Part shown: positions 21,051-33,029 of the stretch, piece by piece
Layout of the letters: the number at the start of each line of letters is the position of its first letter
Position numbering within the stretch: position 1 is the first letter of the stretch
Source: Bacilli bacterium
Lineage (GTDB): Bacteria > Bacillota_I > Bacilli_A > RF39 > UBA660
Assembly: GCA_017887425.1 (NCBI GenBank)
Contig: JAGHHZ010000020.1
Location: forward strand, 1 to 62,007
Length of the DNA: 62,007 bases
Direction of reading: 5' to 3'
Position numbers and translations under genes: made by a program
The notes under the pieces: generated by a model
What the model saw: the letters and a program-made list of their open reading frames with translations, nothing else
Told to the model about the DNA's origin: nothing
The model's database searches: none

Positions 21051-21483
21051 TAATTTTCCATATATTTTAAATCAAAAAACTTCCAAAGTTGTAAAAATAT
21101 GGATACTATTCCTTATCCTTTCTTTTATAATTTTCCTTATTATTGCTTTTAATTATAAATATTATAACTATAAAACATATTTAGGATATATAAAAAAAAT
21201 TGATAATTCTTTACATCCGTCTTTTTATGTAAGAGAAGACGAAGTAGGGAACTTATCAAACTATGAATTATTGATAGATAATGAAAAACATAGCTTTCAA
21301 ATAATATCTATTAGTAATCAGTATTATCTTATTGATAATCAACCGTTTTATGAAGTTGTTATAAAAACGAATTTACCTGATAAATATTTAATTGAAAATA
21401 ATATCATAAATTTAGTTTTTAAAATGAATCAAACAACATTATATCAAGAATTTAGAAAGGAATTTAATTTATGGAAAAACTAA
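21028..21483 (+). CDS. Short single-TM accessory export protein (truncated HlyD/ComB-like)
   Basis: Overlaps the transporter stop; one TM plus ~110-aa soluble domain; assignment from position. Confidence 0.55.
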   Translation: MTYPKIYNNFPYILNQKTSKVVKIWILFLILSFIIFLIIAFNYKYYNYKTYLGYIKKIDNSLHPSFYVREDEVGNLSNYELLIDNEKHSFQIISISNQYYLIDNQPFYEVVIKTNLPDKYLIENNIINLVFKMNQTTLYQEFRKEFNLWKN

Positions 21484-21611
21484 ATAAAAAAGATTTAATG
21501 AGTGTTAATGGTGGTGGAATAACTTTAGGTGTAGGCTTACTTATTGGTGCGGGAGTAGTTTTTATAATCGGTGTTATTGATGGTTTTATGCGACCACTTA
21601 AATGCAATTAG
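21471..21611 (+). CDS. Double-glycine leader peptide 1 (46 aa; not in ORF track)
   Basis: MEKLNKKDLMSVNGG|GITLGVGLLIGAGVVFIIGVIDGFMRPLKCN; RBS AAAGGA. Confidence 0.85.
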   Translation: MEKLNKKDLMSVNGGGITLGVGLLIGAGVVFIIGVIDGFMRPLKCN

Positions 21612-21622
21612 GAGGTGAAAAT

Positions 21623-21784
21623 ATGTTAGAAAAACAAGAATTATTGCAAATAGTTGGTGGTATAAGTATAACTGGTAGCTTAATAAATGCAATTCATCGC
21701 GGAATATCAACTATTATGGATGTTGGAAGAAGTTTAGGTAGTGCCATTAGAAGAGCTATCGGAGGTACTATGTGTCCAATTTAA
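21623..21784 (+). CDS. Double-glycine leader peptide 2 (53 aa)
   Basis: MLEKQELLQIVGG|ISITGSLINAIHRG...MCPI; RBS GGAGGTG. Confidence 0.85.
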   Translation: MLEKQELLQIVGGISITGSLINAIHRGISTIMDVGRSLGSAIRRAIGGTMCPI

Positions 21785-21927
21785 TAAGAAAAAATTACAA
21801 ATTAATTTTAACATTGCTCATTATAATTTGCTTACTTCCTATTTTCCCTATTTGTATTGAAATAATTTTTAAATTAGGAACAATTGTCGGTAGTACCATT
21901 AGAACTCTATCTACTTGTTCTATTTAA
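21772..21927 (+). CDS. Small hydrophobic peptide 3 (51 aa, no GG leader; not in ORF track)
   Basis: GGAGGT at 21761-21766 then GTG; MSNLIRKNYKLILTLLIIICLLPIFPICIEIIFKLGTIVGSTIRTLSTCSI; terminator follows. Confidence 0.7.
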   Translation: MSNLIRKNYKLILTLLIIICLLPIFPICIEIIFKLGTIVGSTIRTLSTCSI

Positions 21928-21932
21928 AATAG

Positions 21933-21970
21933 AATGGCTTATTCAATGAATAAGTTCATTCTTTTTTTTG
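21933..21970 (+). terminator. Intrinsic terminator of the peptide cluster
   Basis: GAATGGCTTATTC-AAT-GAATAAGTTCATTC followed by T-run. Confidence 0.65.
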
Positions 21971-22088
21971 TTATTTCCGATTAAAACATTAAATAATTAA
22001 TAATTTATTTAATTTACTTTTAAAAACTATTGAAAACAAAAGAAAAAAGTGCTATAATGTCAAGTAGTTGTACGGAAGGAGGGATCAT

Positions 22089-22280
22089 ATGTCTAAAGTC
22101 GTTGTCAAAAATGGGAACGTTGATGGTGCATTGAAAATGTTTAAACAAAAAAATGTTAAAGATGGCCTCCTAAAAGAAGTAAGAAAAAGAGAACATTATA
22201 GCAAACCAGGAGAAAGACGAAGAGAAGCTAAAAAAGAAGCTATTAAAAATAGTCGTCGTCGTGAAAGAAATTATAACTAA
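22089..22280 (+). CDS. rpsU: 30S ribosomal protein S21
   Basis: EVRKREHYSKPGERRR. Confidence 0.93.
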   Translation: MSKVVVKNGNVDGALKMFKQKNVKDGLLKEVRKREHYSKPGERRREAKKEAIKNSRRRERNYN

Positions 22281-22320
22281 GCCAAATAGGCTTTTTTATT
22301 AAATTAGAAAGGAAAATATT

Positions 22321-22764
22321 ATGAGAGAAAGAATAATGATTGATTTAAAAAATGCAATGAAAAATCAAAATAAGGAAATTCTTAATGTTGTAAGAATGGT
22401 TAAAGGTGCCATTCAATTAGAAGAAATTAATAAAAAAAGAGAATTAAATGATGAGGAAATGGTAGCTGTAATTTCTAAACAAATTAAAACACGTAAAGAA
22501 ACAATTGCTGATTTAGAAAAGAGTGGTCGTACTGATTTAATTAAACAAACCGAAAGAGAAATCAGCATTTTAGAAAGATATATGCCAGCTATGATGAGCG
22601 AAGAAGAAATCAACAAAACTATCGATGAAGTTTTTAAAGAAGTAAATCCAACTAGTCAGGCTGATACTGGTAAAGTAATGGGTAAATTATCTGGCTTACT
22701 AAAAGGTAAGGCTGATATGTCATTAGTTAATAAATTAGTCAAAGAAAAATTAAATAATTTATAA
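22321..22764 (+). CDS. GatB/YqeY domain protein
   Basis: DLKNAMK, KQIKTRKE, GKVMG; follows rpsU. Confidence 0.92.
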   Translation: MRERIMIDLKNAMKNQNKEILNVVRMVKGAIQLEEINKKRELNDEEMVAVISKQIKTRKETIADLEKSGRTDLIKQTEREISILERYMPAMMSEEEINKTIDEVFKEVNPTSQADTGKVMGKLSGLLKGKADMSLVNKLVKEKLNNL

Positions 22765-22837
22765 AAATTGTATGAAAAATACAATTTTTTTAATATTTTT
22801 AAGTGTTCAAGTGATATAATATTTATAGGTGATAAAA

Positions 22838-24169
22838 ATGTATGACAATAAGAAAATGTTCATATTAGGTATGGCTCGTTCAGGTTATGAAGTAGCTAAA
22901 GTTTTAGCTAAACATAACTGTACGATTTTAATTACTGATATGAAAGAACAAGATGAAGAAAAAGTAAATGAGTTAAAACAATTAGGAATTAACTTAATTG
23001 TGACTGATAAACCAGAAGAATTATTAGATAATACCTTTGATTATGTTGTTAAAAATCCTGGTATAAAAGTAGAACATCCCGTTTGTTTAAAAGCAGAAAC
23101 TTTAAATATTCCGGTTATTAATGAGTTAGAAGTAGCTTATCACTATTTACCAGCTAACACTAAAATAGTAGCTATTACTGGTAGTAATGGTAAGACGACA
23201 ACTACTACATTAACTTATGAAATTTTAAAAGCTGCTAATCTACCAGCTCATTTAGGTGGTAATATCGGTTTTCCAATGTGTTCTTTACTAAATGATTTAA
23301 AAGAAAATGACATAATTGTAATCGAGTTATCAGCTCAACAACTACATGATTTTTATGATTTCAAAACTGATATCGGTATTCTAACCAATCTAACACCAGT
23401 TCATTTAGATCATTTTAAAACATATGAAAATTATAAAAGATGCAAGAAAAAAATATTTAATCATCATACCAATAGTGATTTAGCTATTTTAAATGGTAAC
23501 GATCAAGATGTGTTAGATTTAACTAGCGATATTAAATCTAATAAAGTTTATTTTTCAGCTAACAAAAAGTGCGATATTTATATAGAAAATTCAGCTATTC
23601 ATTATAATGGTGAAGAAATAATTAAGTTAGATGAAATTAGAGTAAAAGGAAATCACAACTACGAAAATATTATGTGTGCGATTGTCGTTGCTAAAAAATT
23701 CAATGTGTCTAATGAAGTAATCAAAGAAGTTTTAAACAAATTTTCTGGTGTTGAACATCGATTAGAATTTGTTAAAAAACTTAATAATCGCGAATTTTAT
23801 AACGATTCCAAAGCAACTAATGTTACTTCAACTATTATCGCTTTAGATTCGTTTAATAAACCAACTATTTTATTACTTGGTGGTTTAGATAGAGGACATT
23901 CTTTTGATGAATTACTACCACATATGAAAAATGTAAAACTAGTTGTTTGTTATGGAGAAACTAAAGATAGAATTTTAGATTTTTGTAATCAAAACAAAAT
24001 CGAATGTTATAAAACTGAAATCCTAGAAGAAGCAACTAAATTAGCTTATAACTTATCAGGCGAAAATGATGTTATTTTATTAAGCCCTGCTTGTGCTTCT
24101 TGGGACCAATATGAAAAATTTGAAGACCGTGGAGATGACTTTAAGAGAATTGTTGAATTATTAAAGTAG
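22838..24169 (+). CDS. murD: UDP-N-acetylmuramoyl-L-alanine--D-glutamate ligase
   Basis: ITGSNGKTTTT, GGNIG, YNDSKATN, LLSPACASWDQY. Confidence 0.96.
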   Translation: MYDNKKMFILGMARSGYEVAKVLAKHNCTILITDMKEQDEEKVNELKQLGINLIVTDKPEELLDNTFDYVVKNPGIKVEHPVCLKAETLNIPVINELEVAYHYLPANTKIVAITGSNGKTTTTTLTYEILKAANLPAHLGGNIGFPMCSLLNDLKENDIIVIELSAQQLHDFYDFKTDIGILTNLTPVHLDHFKTYENYKRCKKKIFNHHTNSDLAILNGNDQDVLDLTSDIKSNKVYFSANKKCDIYIENSAIHYNGEEIIKLDEIRVKGNHNYENIMCAIVVAKKFNVSNEVIKEVLNKFSGVEHRLEFVKKLNNREFYNDSKATNVTSTIIALDSFNKPTILLLGGLDRGHSFDELLPHMKNVKLVVCYGETKDRILDFCNQNKIECYKTEILEEATKLAYNLSGENDVILLSPACASWDQYEKFEDRGDDFKRIVELLK

Positions 24170-24176
24170 GTGATTT

Positions 24177-24473
24177 ATGGAAGTATTTTCGGTACTATGG
24201 CATTCATTAGAAAATGAAAAAAAATATTCAGTAGGAGTATTAGTCTATAATCAGAATTGGCACTTCAAATATAATCAAGGATTAATTAAGGAAGCAATAG
24301 AACAAGGTTTTCGGCCTTTTCCTGATATGCCTGATATAAAAAAAGAATATATAAGTGACTTTTTGTTCCCAACATTTCAAAATCGTTATCTAGAAAGAGA
24401 TAATATTGAGGTGATGAAGAATCAATTAGGACAATTAGTTACTGATAAAATCTTAATTAAACATATAAAATGA
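24177..24473 (+). CDS. Small protein resembling a stand-alone HipA N-terminal subdomain (HipS-like)
   Basis: VGVLVYNQNWHFKY...FRPFPDMPD...LFPTFQNR; ATGA-coupled to the kinase gene. Confidence 0.55.
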   Translation: MEVFSVLWHSLENEKKYSVGVLVYNQNWHFKYNQGLIKEAIEQGFRPFPDMPDIKKEYISDFLFPTFQNRYLERDNIEVMKNQLGQLVTDKILIKHIK

Positions 24474-25293
24474 AAGAGATTGATAATATGCAACGAATCG
24501 AAGTTTCAACCCTAGATTTTGTAAGAATCGAACCGCGAGGAAAAGGCGTCGCTGAAAAATTTTGGGTTAATCATGATAATCTAAGAAAGTTAGTAAAAAT
24601 AAATGGTGAAAATAGTGACCAAGATCTTATGGAAAAAGTTTCATCACTTATTTTAAAAAGATTAGGCGTTAATGTGGTTGATGTTGATTTAGGATACGAT
24701 AAATATGCGAAATCAAACTGTTGTCTAGTAACAAGTTTTCTTGATGACGATGAAGTGTCATATGATACTTATACTTGTGACGTTATAAGAAGAACTGATC
24801 AATTAGAAGAATTAAGATTATGTTTTGACCAAATATTTACTAAGTATTCTTCTTTAACATTAATAGATGAATCTAATTTAAAGCAATTAAAAAAAGACTT
24901 TATTAGAATAATTTTTAGTAAATGTCTAACTGACAATTTAGATTCAAAATTAGAAAATATCGGTTTAATTTTTAACGAAAGAACCAAACAATACCGTATT
25001 CCTCCATCCTATGATAATGGTGTCGCTTTTCACAGTTATCAATCAATTGGAACGCCTTACTGTTGCATTGGAAATCAATATTTTGAAATACCTTTAATTA
25101 TTAACTATTTATTAGATAATTATCTAGATGATATAAAAGATGTTATTAGTAATTTAGATGATTTAGTTAATAATGATTTAGAAAGCTTAATAGCTCCTTA
25201 TGTATCAGATAATATAAAAAAACAATATATAATTGATTTTATGAATGGTTTAAACAACGAAATAAAACAAAAGTTAAACAAAGAAAGGAAATT

Positions 25294-25297
<4 letters not shown>
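24470..25297 (+). CDS. HipA/HipT-like kinase
   Basis: GKGVAEKFW loop, LVK, EKVSS helix, NLDSKLEN catalytic loop, PPSYDNG. Confidence 0.7.
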
Positions 25298-26987
<1,690 letters not shown>

Positions 26988-27055
26988 TTCCTTTTTAATT
27001 TGACAAAATGCAAATAAAATGATAGTATACATCTTGTCAAAAAAGGGGGATTATT

Positions 27056-28840
27056 ATGAAATATGGTGATGCTCTAAGAATATTAGAGTTAGATGGCGAT
27101 TATACAGAAGAACAACTTAAAAAAAACTATCGTAATCTAATGAAGAAATATCATCCAGATTTACACACTAAAGAAAGTGAACAAGAAAAATTAATTTTAG
27201 AAAAAAGAGCCAAAGATATTAATGAAGCTTATGAAATACTTGCTAAAAGTGTAAAACATCGTTCGAATAATACAAAAACTAATTCAAGTTATGAAACAAC
27301 TCTAGAAAGAACTAAAAAAGATGTTATTAATAAACTAAATACACAATTAGAACGCCTTAAAAATTTTTTTGCTAGTGATGCTTTTATTCATAAGGGAGAA
27401 GAAATAAGATTTATCAAAGAAGCAATTATTAATATTAGAAGTTGTACAACTGATTTAGAGATTTTTAACGTTATGAATAATCTTAAATTTAATATTGAGC
27501 AAAATAATCTTGATTTATTTAATAGCTTTGTTGATAATTGGCAAATAGATTCTATTATGCAAAAAGCATTAGATGAAATTTATTATAAGTATAGTGATAA
27601 AGTTAAATATACTAAAAGTATAATCGATACTATGGAATTAATCGAAAGACTAAAACAAGAATGTTATAGCAAAGTTAATGAATATGAAAATAAAATAAGA
27701 AGACAAATAAACCAAAAATTAGATAGGTATGTTGCTAAATACTCTAATAGTGAATTTTACTTTTTAATAAGTAACGAAGTTGAAAGAACAAAACAAATAT
27801 TAGAAGACAAAATATGTGATATTTATTTTGATGCTGCTTATGAAGAATCAAAAGAATATTTTAATGATATTATAGCTAAACTCTATCACCAATTTGAAAA
27901 AGAATTATTAAATTTACTTAAGAAAGCAACGATGAGAAATAAAAAAATAACTAAATTATATGATTATTTTTTAAATGAACGTCAATTTCAAGATTTTTTA
28001 AATTCAAAAGTAACTTATTTATATACTAATATATTAAGTGAAGACTTTGATAACTTATACGAAAAAATAGCTGATGAGGTTAATTCTTTATATCGTCAGT
28101 TAAAAATAGAAAAAATGGATTTAAATAAAATTAAAAATAATTTGCTGCAAAATTATGTTGTGAGTGTTAGTCGCTTAGATACTTTAAAAGATAGTGAAGA
28201 AATTAACTCTATAACCAGACTATATCAACAAGCTTTACAATTTTTAACAAGTGTAGGAGATAAAGATGTTTCTTTAGATATGATTCCCCAACTTTTAAAT
28301 GTTGATTTTTCTGACTTAGATTATGCTAAAAAAACAATAATCGATATAATTTTCTATTCAACTTCTGATGATTGTGATATTTATATTAAAAGAAAAAAAT
28401 CTAGTATTAATGGTAATATCATCAAGGCTAGAAGTGTTGATAGACAAGTCGAATATGATTATAATATTGAAAAATTAAATTGCAATTTTTCAAGCTCTTT
28501 ATCGTTAAGAGAATTTAAAGAAAACTATATTTCTTTGCAACAATTCTTACAACAAGCAACATATATTGGTAAATATGCAAAAGCTAATCAATATTTATTG
28601 GGTAATGTTAAAGGTGTTGCTTTATATGCTACTGCTGATAACGTTTTGTTTTTAGACCTTGATCAAAATAAGTTTAAATTTGTTATAGATAGAGATAATA
28701 TAAGCTATTTTGATGACGCGAATGTTAGTGCTGAATTAAAAGATAAAGTAGAAGTATATAAATTGTTAATGGAACAATATTCTTTAGTATTTGATGCTGA
28801 TGAAATCACACAACCTAAAACCAAAAAATTTTCTAATTAA
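27056..28840 (+). CDS. J-domain protein with large uncharacterised C-terminal region (paralog 1)
   Basis: N-terminal LKKNYRNLMKKYHPD...INEAYEIL; TTGACA promoter at 27000. Confidence 0.85.
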   Translation: MKYGDALRILELDGDYTEEQLKKNYRNLMKKYHPDLHTKESEQEKLILEKRAKDINEAYEILAKSVKHRSNNTKTNSSYETTLERTKKDVINKLNTQLERLKNFFASDAFIHKGEEIRFIKEAIINIRSCTTDLEIFNVMNNLKFNIEQNNLDLFNSFVDNWQIDSIMQKALDEIYYKYSDKVKYTKSIIDTMELIERLKQECYSKVNEYENKIRRQINQKLDRYVAKYSNSEFYFLISNEVERTKQILEDKICDIYFDAAYEESKEYFNDIIAKLYHQFEKELLNLLKKATMRNKKITKLYDYFLNERQFQDFLNSKVTYLYTNILSEDFDNLYEKIADEVNSLYRQLKIEKMDLNKIKNNLLQNYVVSVSRLDTLKDSEEINSITRLYQQALQFLTSVGDKDVSLDMIPQLLNVDFSDLDYAKKTIIDIIFYSTSDDCDIYIKRKKSSINGNIIKARSVDRQVEYDYNIEKLNCNFSSSLSLREFKENYISLQQFLQQATYIGKYAKANQYLLGNVKGVALYATADNVLFLDLDQNKFKFVIDRDNISYFDDANVSAELKDKVEVYKLLMEQYSLVFDADEITQPKTKKFSN

Positions 28841-28854
28841 AAAGAGGGATTATT

Positions 28855-30651
28855 ATGAATTATCAAGAAGCTTTGTCATTGCTTGGATTACGTTCTTGTT
28901 TTAACGAAGAACAATTAAAAAAAGCTTATCGTAAATTGATGAAGAAATATCATCCGGATTTATATGAAAATAAATCACAAGCCGAAAAATCAAAAGCTGA
29001 AGAATTAGCTAAAAAAATAAACGAAGCATATAATGTATTATTAAAATCATTAAACGGAACTAATAAATCTAGTAATTATACTTATTATGATTTTAATTTA
29101 GAAAATAAAAAAGCCGAATTTATTAAATATTTTAAAGATATTTTAAAAAGTGTTAATCAAGAAATACCATTTAAATTTCGTAAACAAGAAAAAGATATTA
29201 TAACTGTAGCTTTATATAATATTAATAAAGCAAGAAGTATGCAGGAATTACAAAATGCTTTCAGTCAAGCTAAAGCTGATTTAAATCAAAATAATCTATC
29301 ATTATTTAACTATTATCTTGCAAGTTATATGCCACATTGTCAAAAATTTTTCTTACAACTGAATTTGATAATTACAGCCTATAAAAAGACATTGAATTAT
29401 CAAGATGGTGTTTCTGATGCATATAGGCATTTCAAAAAAATGCAAGAAGAAATAGAAAAGACTATCAAGTATTATCAAAAGATTTATAGGGAACAAATTG
29501 AAAAAAGAGTTTCAGCAATACTAGAAATGGTTTTAAACTCTAATAGTAGTTTTATAAATAAATTATCTAAAAATGATCTTTCCTTATTAAAAAAAGCATT
29601 AAATGAAGAAAAAGAAGAGATAATTAGTTCTTTATTATGTATTGCTGAACAAAATTGTAGTAATAGTATTGAATCAGAATTAGAATATGAATATAGTAAT
29701 GTTTATGCTGAGTTAGAAGCAATAATCAAAAAGTATAAAACAATATTTGAAACTAATCAAAGTAAAGTTTTAGAATTGATTAACTCATATAAAAATAGTG
29801 ATGAAAAGTTAAAAATAAAATTATCAGAAGTAACTAAACTTTTATTAGAAAACTTATTAAGTGATAATTTTGATTCAATGTATAATAAAGCGGTTAAAAG
29901 CATACTATTAGAAAATAAATTAGATTTTTCTAAAATAAAAAAATCTTTATTAGCTAAATTTTCAAAAGTTATTGCTAATATAGATACAAATAATAAATAT
30001 CATATATCTTTATTAACCGCAGAATTTGTTGAAATAAATCAAAAATTATCCCAACCAGACCATATTAATTTTGAATTTTTTGCAGAACTTAACAATATAT
30101 CATTTGTCGATTTAAAAACTGATGCAGAGATTATTAAAAGAGTATTCACTGAAAATATTAACTTTAATCAAGATAAAATCTTTATTGATAATGACGGTAA
30201 TTTTGTTTCAGCTTTTCAATACAATAATAAGATTTATGTTTTGTCTCCATCAGTCGGTATAACAAGAGTATTAGAAAGTGCTGATTTCTTCAAATCTTAT
30301 ACGTCTTTATTATCATTTTTGGAACATGGAATCTTTATAGGAAAAGAAAATAGCGAAGGTACAATTGTTCTTTATGTAAATAAAAATTTTGGAATTTGTT
30401 ATAATCCACTAGTTTCTAAAAAATATTTTATAGATACAACTGAACATATTTTTAGTACAAGATTTAATTTTTATTCTTTAAATTATGATGCATATAAAGA
30501 TAAAAGTTTTATGATTTTAGCTCTTGAAAATTATTTCGGGCTACACAAACAACGTTTAATAAATGATGATAATTATAAAGAATATAACTATAATAAGATA
30601 ATTATAAAAAATAATAATTATAATAAAATTAATAATGAGTATAAATACTAA
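28855..30651 (+). CDS. J-domain protein with large uncharacterised C-terminal region (paralog 2)
   Basis: LKKAYRKLMKKYHPD...INEAYNVL. Confidence 0.85.
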   Translation: MNYQEALSLLGLRSCFNEEQLKKAYRKLMKKYHPDLYENKSQAEKSKAEELAKKINEAYNVLLKSLNGTNKSSNYTYYDFNLENKKAEFIKYFKDILKSVNQEIPFKFRKQEKDIITVALYNINKARSMQELQNAFSQAKADLNQNNLSLFNYYLASYMPHCQKFFLQLNLIITAYKKTLNYQDGVSDAYRHFKKMQEEIEKTIKYYQKIYREQIEKRVSAILEMVLNSNSSFINKLSKNDLSLLKKALNEEKEEIISSLLCIAEQNCSNSIESELEYEYSNVYAELEAIIKKYKTIFETNQSKVLELINSYKNSDEKLKIKLSEVTKLLLENLLSDNFDSMYNKAVKSILLENKLDFSKIKKSLLAKFSKVIANIDTNNKYHISLLTAEFVEINQKLSQPDHINFEFFAELNNISFVDLKTDAEIIKRVFTENINFNQDKIFIDNDGNFVSAFQYNNKIYVLSPSVGITRVLESADFFKSYTSLLSFLEHGIFIGKENSEGTIVLYVNKNFGICYNPLVSKKYFIDTTEHIFSTRFNFYSLNYDAYKDKSFMILALENYFGLHKQRLINDDNYKEYNYNKIIIKNNNYNKINNEYKY

Positions 30652-30722
30652 AAGTAAAATACTCTTTTTTATATCCATTTTTTTTATAATATGGTATAAT
30701 TTTATAGTAGAAGGTGATAAAG

Positions 30723-32936
30723 ATGGCTAAGAAAAAAGTAAGAAAAGAGGTAAAAAAAGAAAACAAGGCTTATATTGAAATATATGGTATCTTACTTATA
30801 TTAGTCGCAATTATTGGATGCTGCCGTTTTGGTTTGTTAGCTAACATCATCGATGGCTTTGCCGGATTCTTAGTAGGTGTTTTATGGGCTGTTTTGTTAG
30901 TAATAGTTGGTGTAATTGGTGGCTATATGATTGTTAAAAGACAAAAACCCGATTTACTAACTACTAAGTTAATCGGCTTGTATATAATTATTTTAGGAGT
31001 TTTGTGTTTCTTTCACTTAGGATACATAAAAAATTTAACAGCCGATGGAACAACTGTTGAATATGGTGTGATAATCGAAGAAACATTTAATAATTTAAAT
31101 AATTTTATCGATGGAACTAGTGATATTCAAGGTGGAGGAATGATTGGTGCTTTACTTAGTGTATCTTTAGTAAAATTAGTATCATTACAAGGAGCTAGTG
31201 TTGTCAGTATTGTTTTAATAATTTGTGGTTTTATTATGTTTAGTGGTATTACCATTTACGACATTGTTAAATCATTAAAAGAAGGAGTTAAAAAAACCGT
31301 TCAAGGAACAGTTAATTTAACCCATAAAGTTAAAGATAAAGAACATATTAAACAAGTTGAAGAAGAATATGAAAAAGATGATAAAATTGTCATTTCTAGT
31401 ATGGATGAATTAGTAACTAACGATGATAAGAAAGAAGTTAAAGAAGATATTGAAACTATCGAATTAGACGAAATAAAAGAAACTAATGTCAATTATAAAT
31501 TCCCACCGATCACTTTATTAAGTAAACCTACTAAAAATAACAATAAAAATAATCAAGAAGCAATTAAAGATACGGTTAATGTTTTACAAGAAGTATTCCA
31601 TGATTTTGGTGTTGAAGCAAAAGTAGTAGCTATTAATATTGGTCCAGCTGTAACGCAGTATGAATTAGAAATAAAAGCCGGAACTAAATTAAGTAGAATA
31701 GTTAGTTTAGATAAAGAATTAGCACTATCACTAGCCGCTAAGAGTGTTCATATTCAAGCCCCAATTCCAGGTAAAAAAACAGTCGGGGTTGAAATACCTA
31801 ATAAATCGATTACGATGGTAAGTGTAAGAGAAATTTTAGAAGCCATTCCTAAAGGAATGGAAGATTCAAAACTTCTTGTAACTTTAGGAAAAGATATAAT
31901 GGGAAAACCAATTTTCTGTGAAATAAATAAAACTCCACATTTACTAGTAGCCGGTTCTACTGGTTCAGGTAAATCTGTTTGTATCAACAGTATGTTAGTA
32001 TCTATATTAATGCGAACTAAACCTGAAGAAGTTCAATTAGTGTTAGTTGATCCTAAGAAAGTTGAATTATCGATGTATAACGGAGTGCCACATTTAAAAA
32101 CACCAGTTGTAACTGATCCTAAAAAAGCTAATATTGTTTTAAAGAAGATTGTTGTTGAAATGGAACATCGTTATGACTTATTTGAACAAAGTGGTACTAA
32201 AAATATTGCTGGTTATAATGCTTATATTGATAAGAAAAATAAAACTAAAGACGAATTCAGTCAAATTAAAAAATTACCTTACATTGTCGTTATAATTGAC
32301 GAATTAGCTGACCTTATGTTAGTAGCAGCTAAAGAAGTTGAAGAGTCAATTATGCGAATTACGCAAATGGCTAGAGCAGCGGGAATTCATTTGATTGTTG
32401 CAACTCAAAGACCATCAACTGATGTTATTACAGGTGTAGTTAAAGCAAATATTCCTTCGCGTATTTCATTTGCTGTATCTTCAAGTATCGACTCAAGAAC
32501 TATTTTAGATATGACAGGTGCTGAAAAATTACTAGGTAAAGGTGATATGCTATTCTTACCGCAAGGAGAAAACACACCAATAAGAGTTCAAGGAACTTTT
32601 GTTTCGGATGAAGAAATTAAAGCAGTTGTCGATTATACTATCTCACAACAAAAAGCTCGTTATGATGAAAGTTTGACTATTGAAACTGAGGATTTAAAAG
32701 GCTCAACTACAATGACAGAAAAAGATGCTACAGAAGAACCATTATACAATGAAATAGTCGAATTTGTTGTAACTCAAGGAAAAGCAAGTGCATCATTACT
32801 ACAAAGGAGATTTAGATTGGGTTATAATAGAGCAGCTCGTGCTATCGACTTACTAGAAGAAAGAGGAATTATTGGTCCTTCTAATGGTTCTAAACCGCGA
32901 GAAGTATTAGTTAAATTAGAGAAAAAAGAAGAATAG
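30723..32936 (+). CDS. ftsK: FtsK/SpoIIIE DNA translocase
   Basis: N-terminal TMs, AGSTGSGKS, IDELADLM, ATQRPS, SASLLQRRFRLGYNRA. Confidence 0.95.
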   Translation: MAKKKVRKEVKKENKAYIEIYGILLILVAIIGCCRFGLLANIIDGFAGFLVGVLWAVLLVIVGVIGGYMIVKRQKPDLLTTKLIGLYIIILGVLCFFHLGYIKNLTADGTTVEYGVIIEETFNNLNNFIDGTSDIQGGGMIGALLSVSLVKLVSLQGASVVSIVLIICGFIMFSGITIYDIVKSLKEGVKKTVQGTVNLTHKVKDKEHIKQVEEEYEKDDKIVISSMDELVTNDDKKEVKEDIETIELDEIKETNVNYKFPPITLLSKPTKNNNKNNQEAIKDTVNVLQEVFHDFGVEAKVVAINIGPAVTQYELEIKAGTKLSRIVSLDKELALSLAAKSVHIQAPIPGKKTVGVEIPNKSITMVSVREILEAIPKGMEDSKLLVTLGKDIMGKPIFCEINKTPHLLVAGSTGSGKSVCINSMLVSILMRTKPEEVQLVLVDPKKVELSMYNGVPHLKTPVVTDPKKANIVLKKIVVEMEHRYDLFEQSGTKNIAGYNAYIDKKNKTKDEFSQIKKLPYIVVIIDELADLMLVAAKEVEESIMRITQMARAAGIHLIVATQRPSTDVITGVVKANIPSRISFAVSSSIDSRTILDMTGAEKLLGKGDMLFLPQGENTPIRVQGTFVSDEEIKAVVDYTISQQKARYDESLTIETEDLKGSTTMTEKDATEEPLYNEIVEFVVTQGKASASLLQRRFRLGYNRAARAIDLLEERGIIGPSNGSKPREVLVKLEKKEE

Positions 32937-33029
32937 AATTAATAATTTATTTAAAAGTATCTAAGGATACTTTTTTTTAAAAATAATAATAAAAAATAAA
33001 CTAATATCTTGTCGAATTATGTTATAATA

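Noticed and set aside
26999-27041. TTGACAA...TTGTCAA inverted repeat before the J-domain genes as CIRCE
   Set aside because: Does not match TTAGCACTC-N9-GAGTGCTAA; the left arm is simply the -35 box
30575-30651. N/Y/K-rich quasi-repeat tail of J-protein 2
   Set aside because: Low-complexity AT drift or stop read-through; no exact repeat unit
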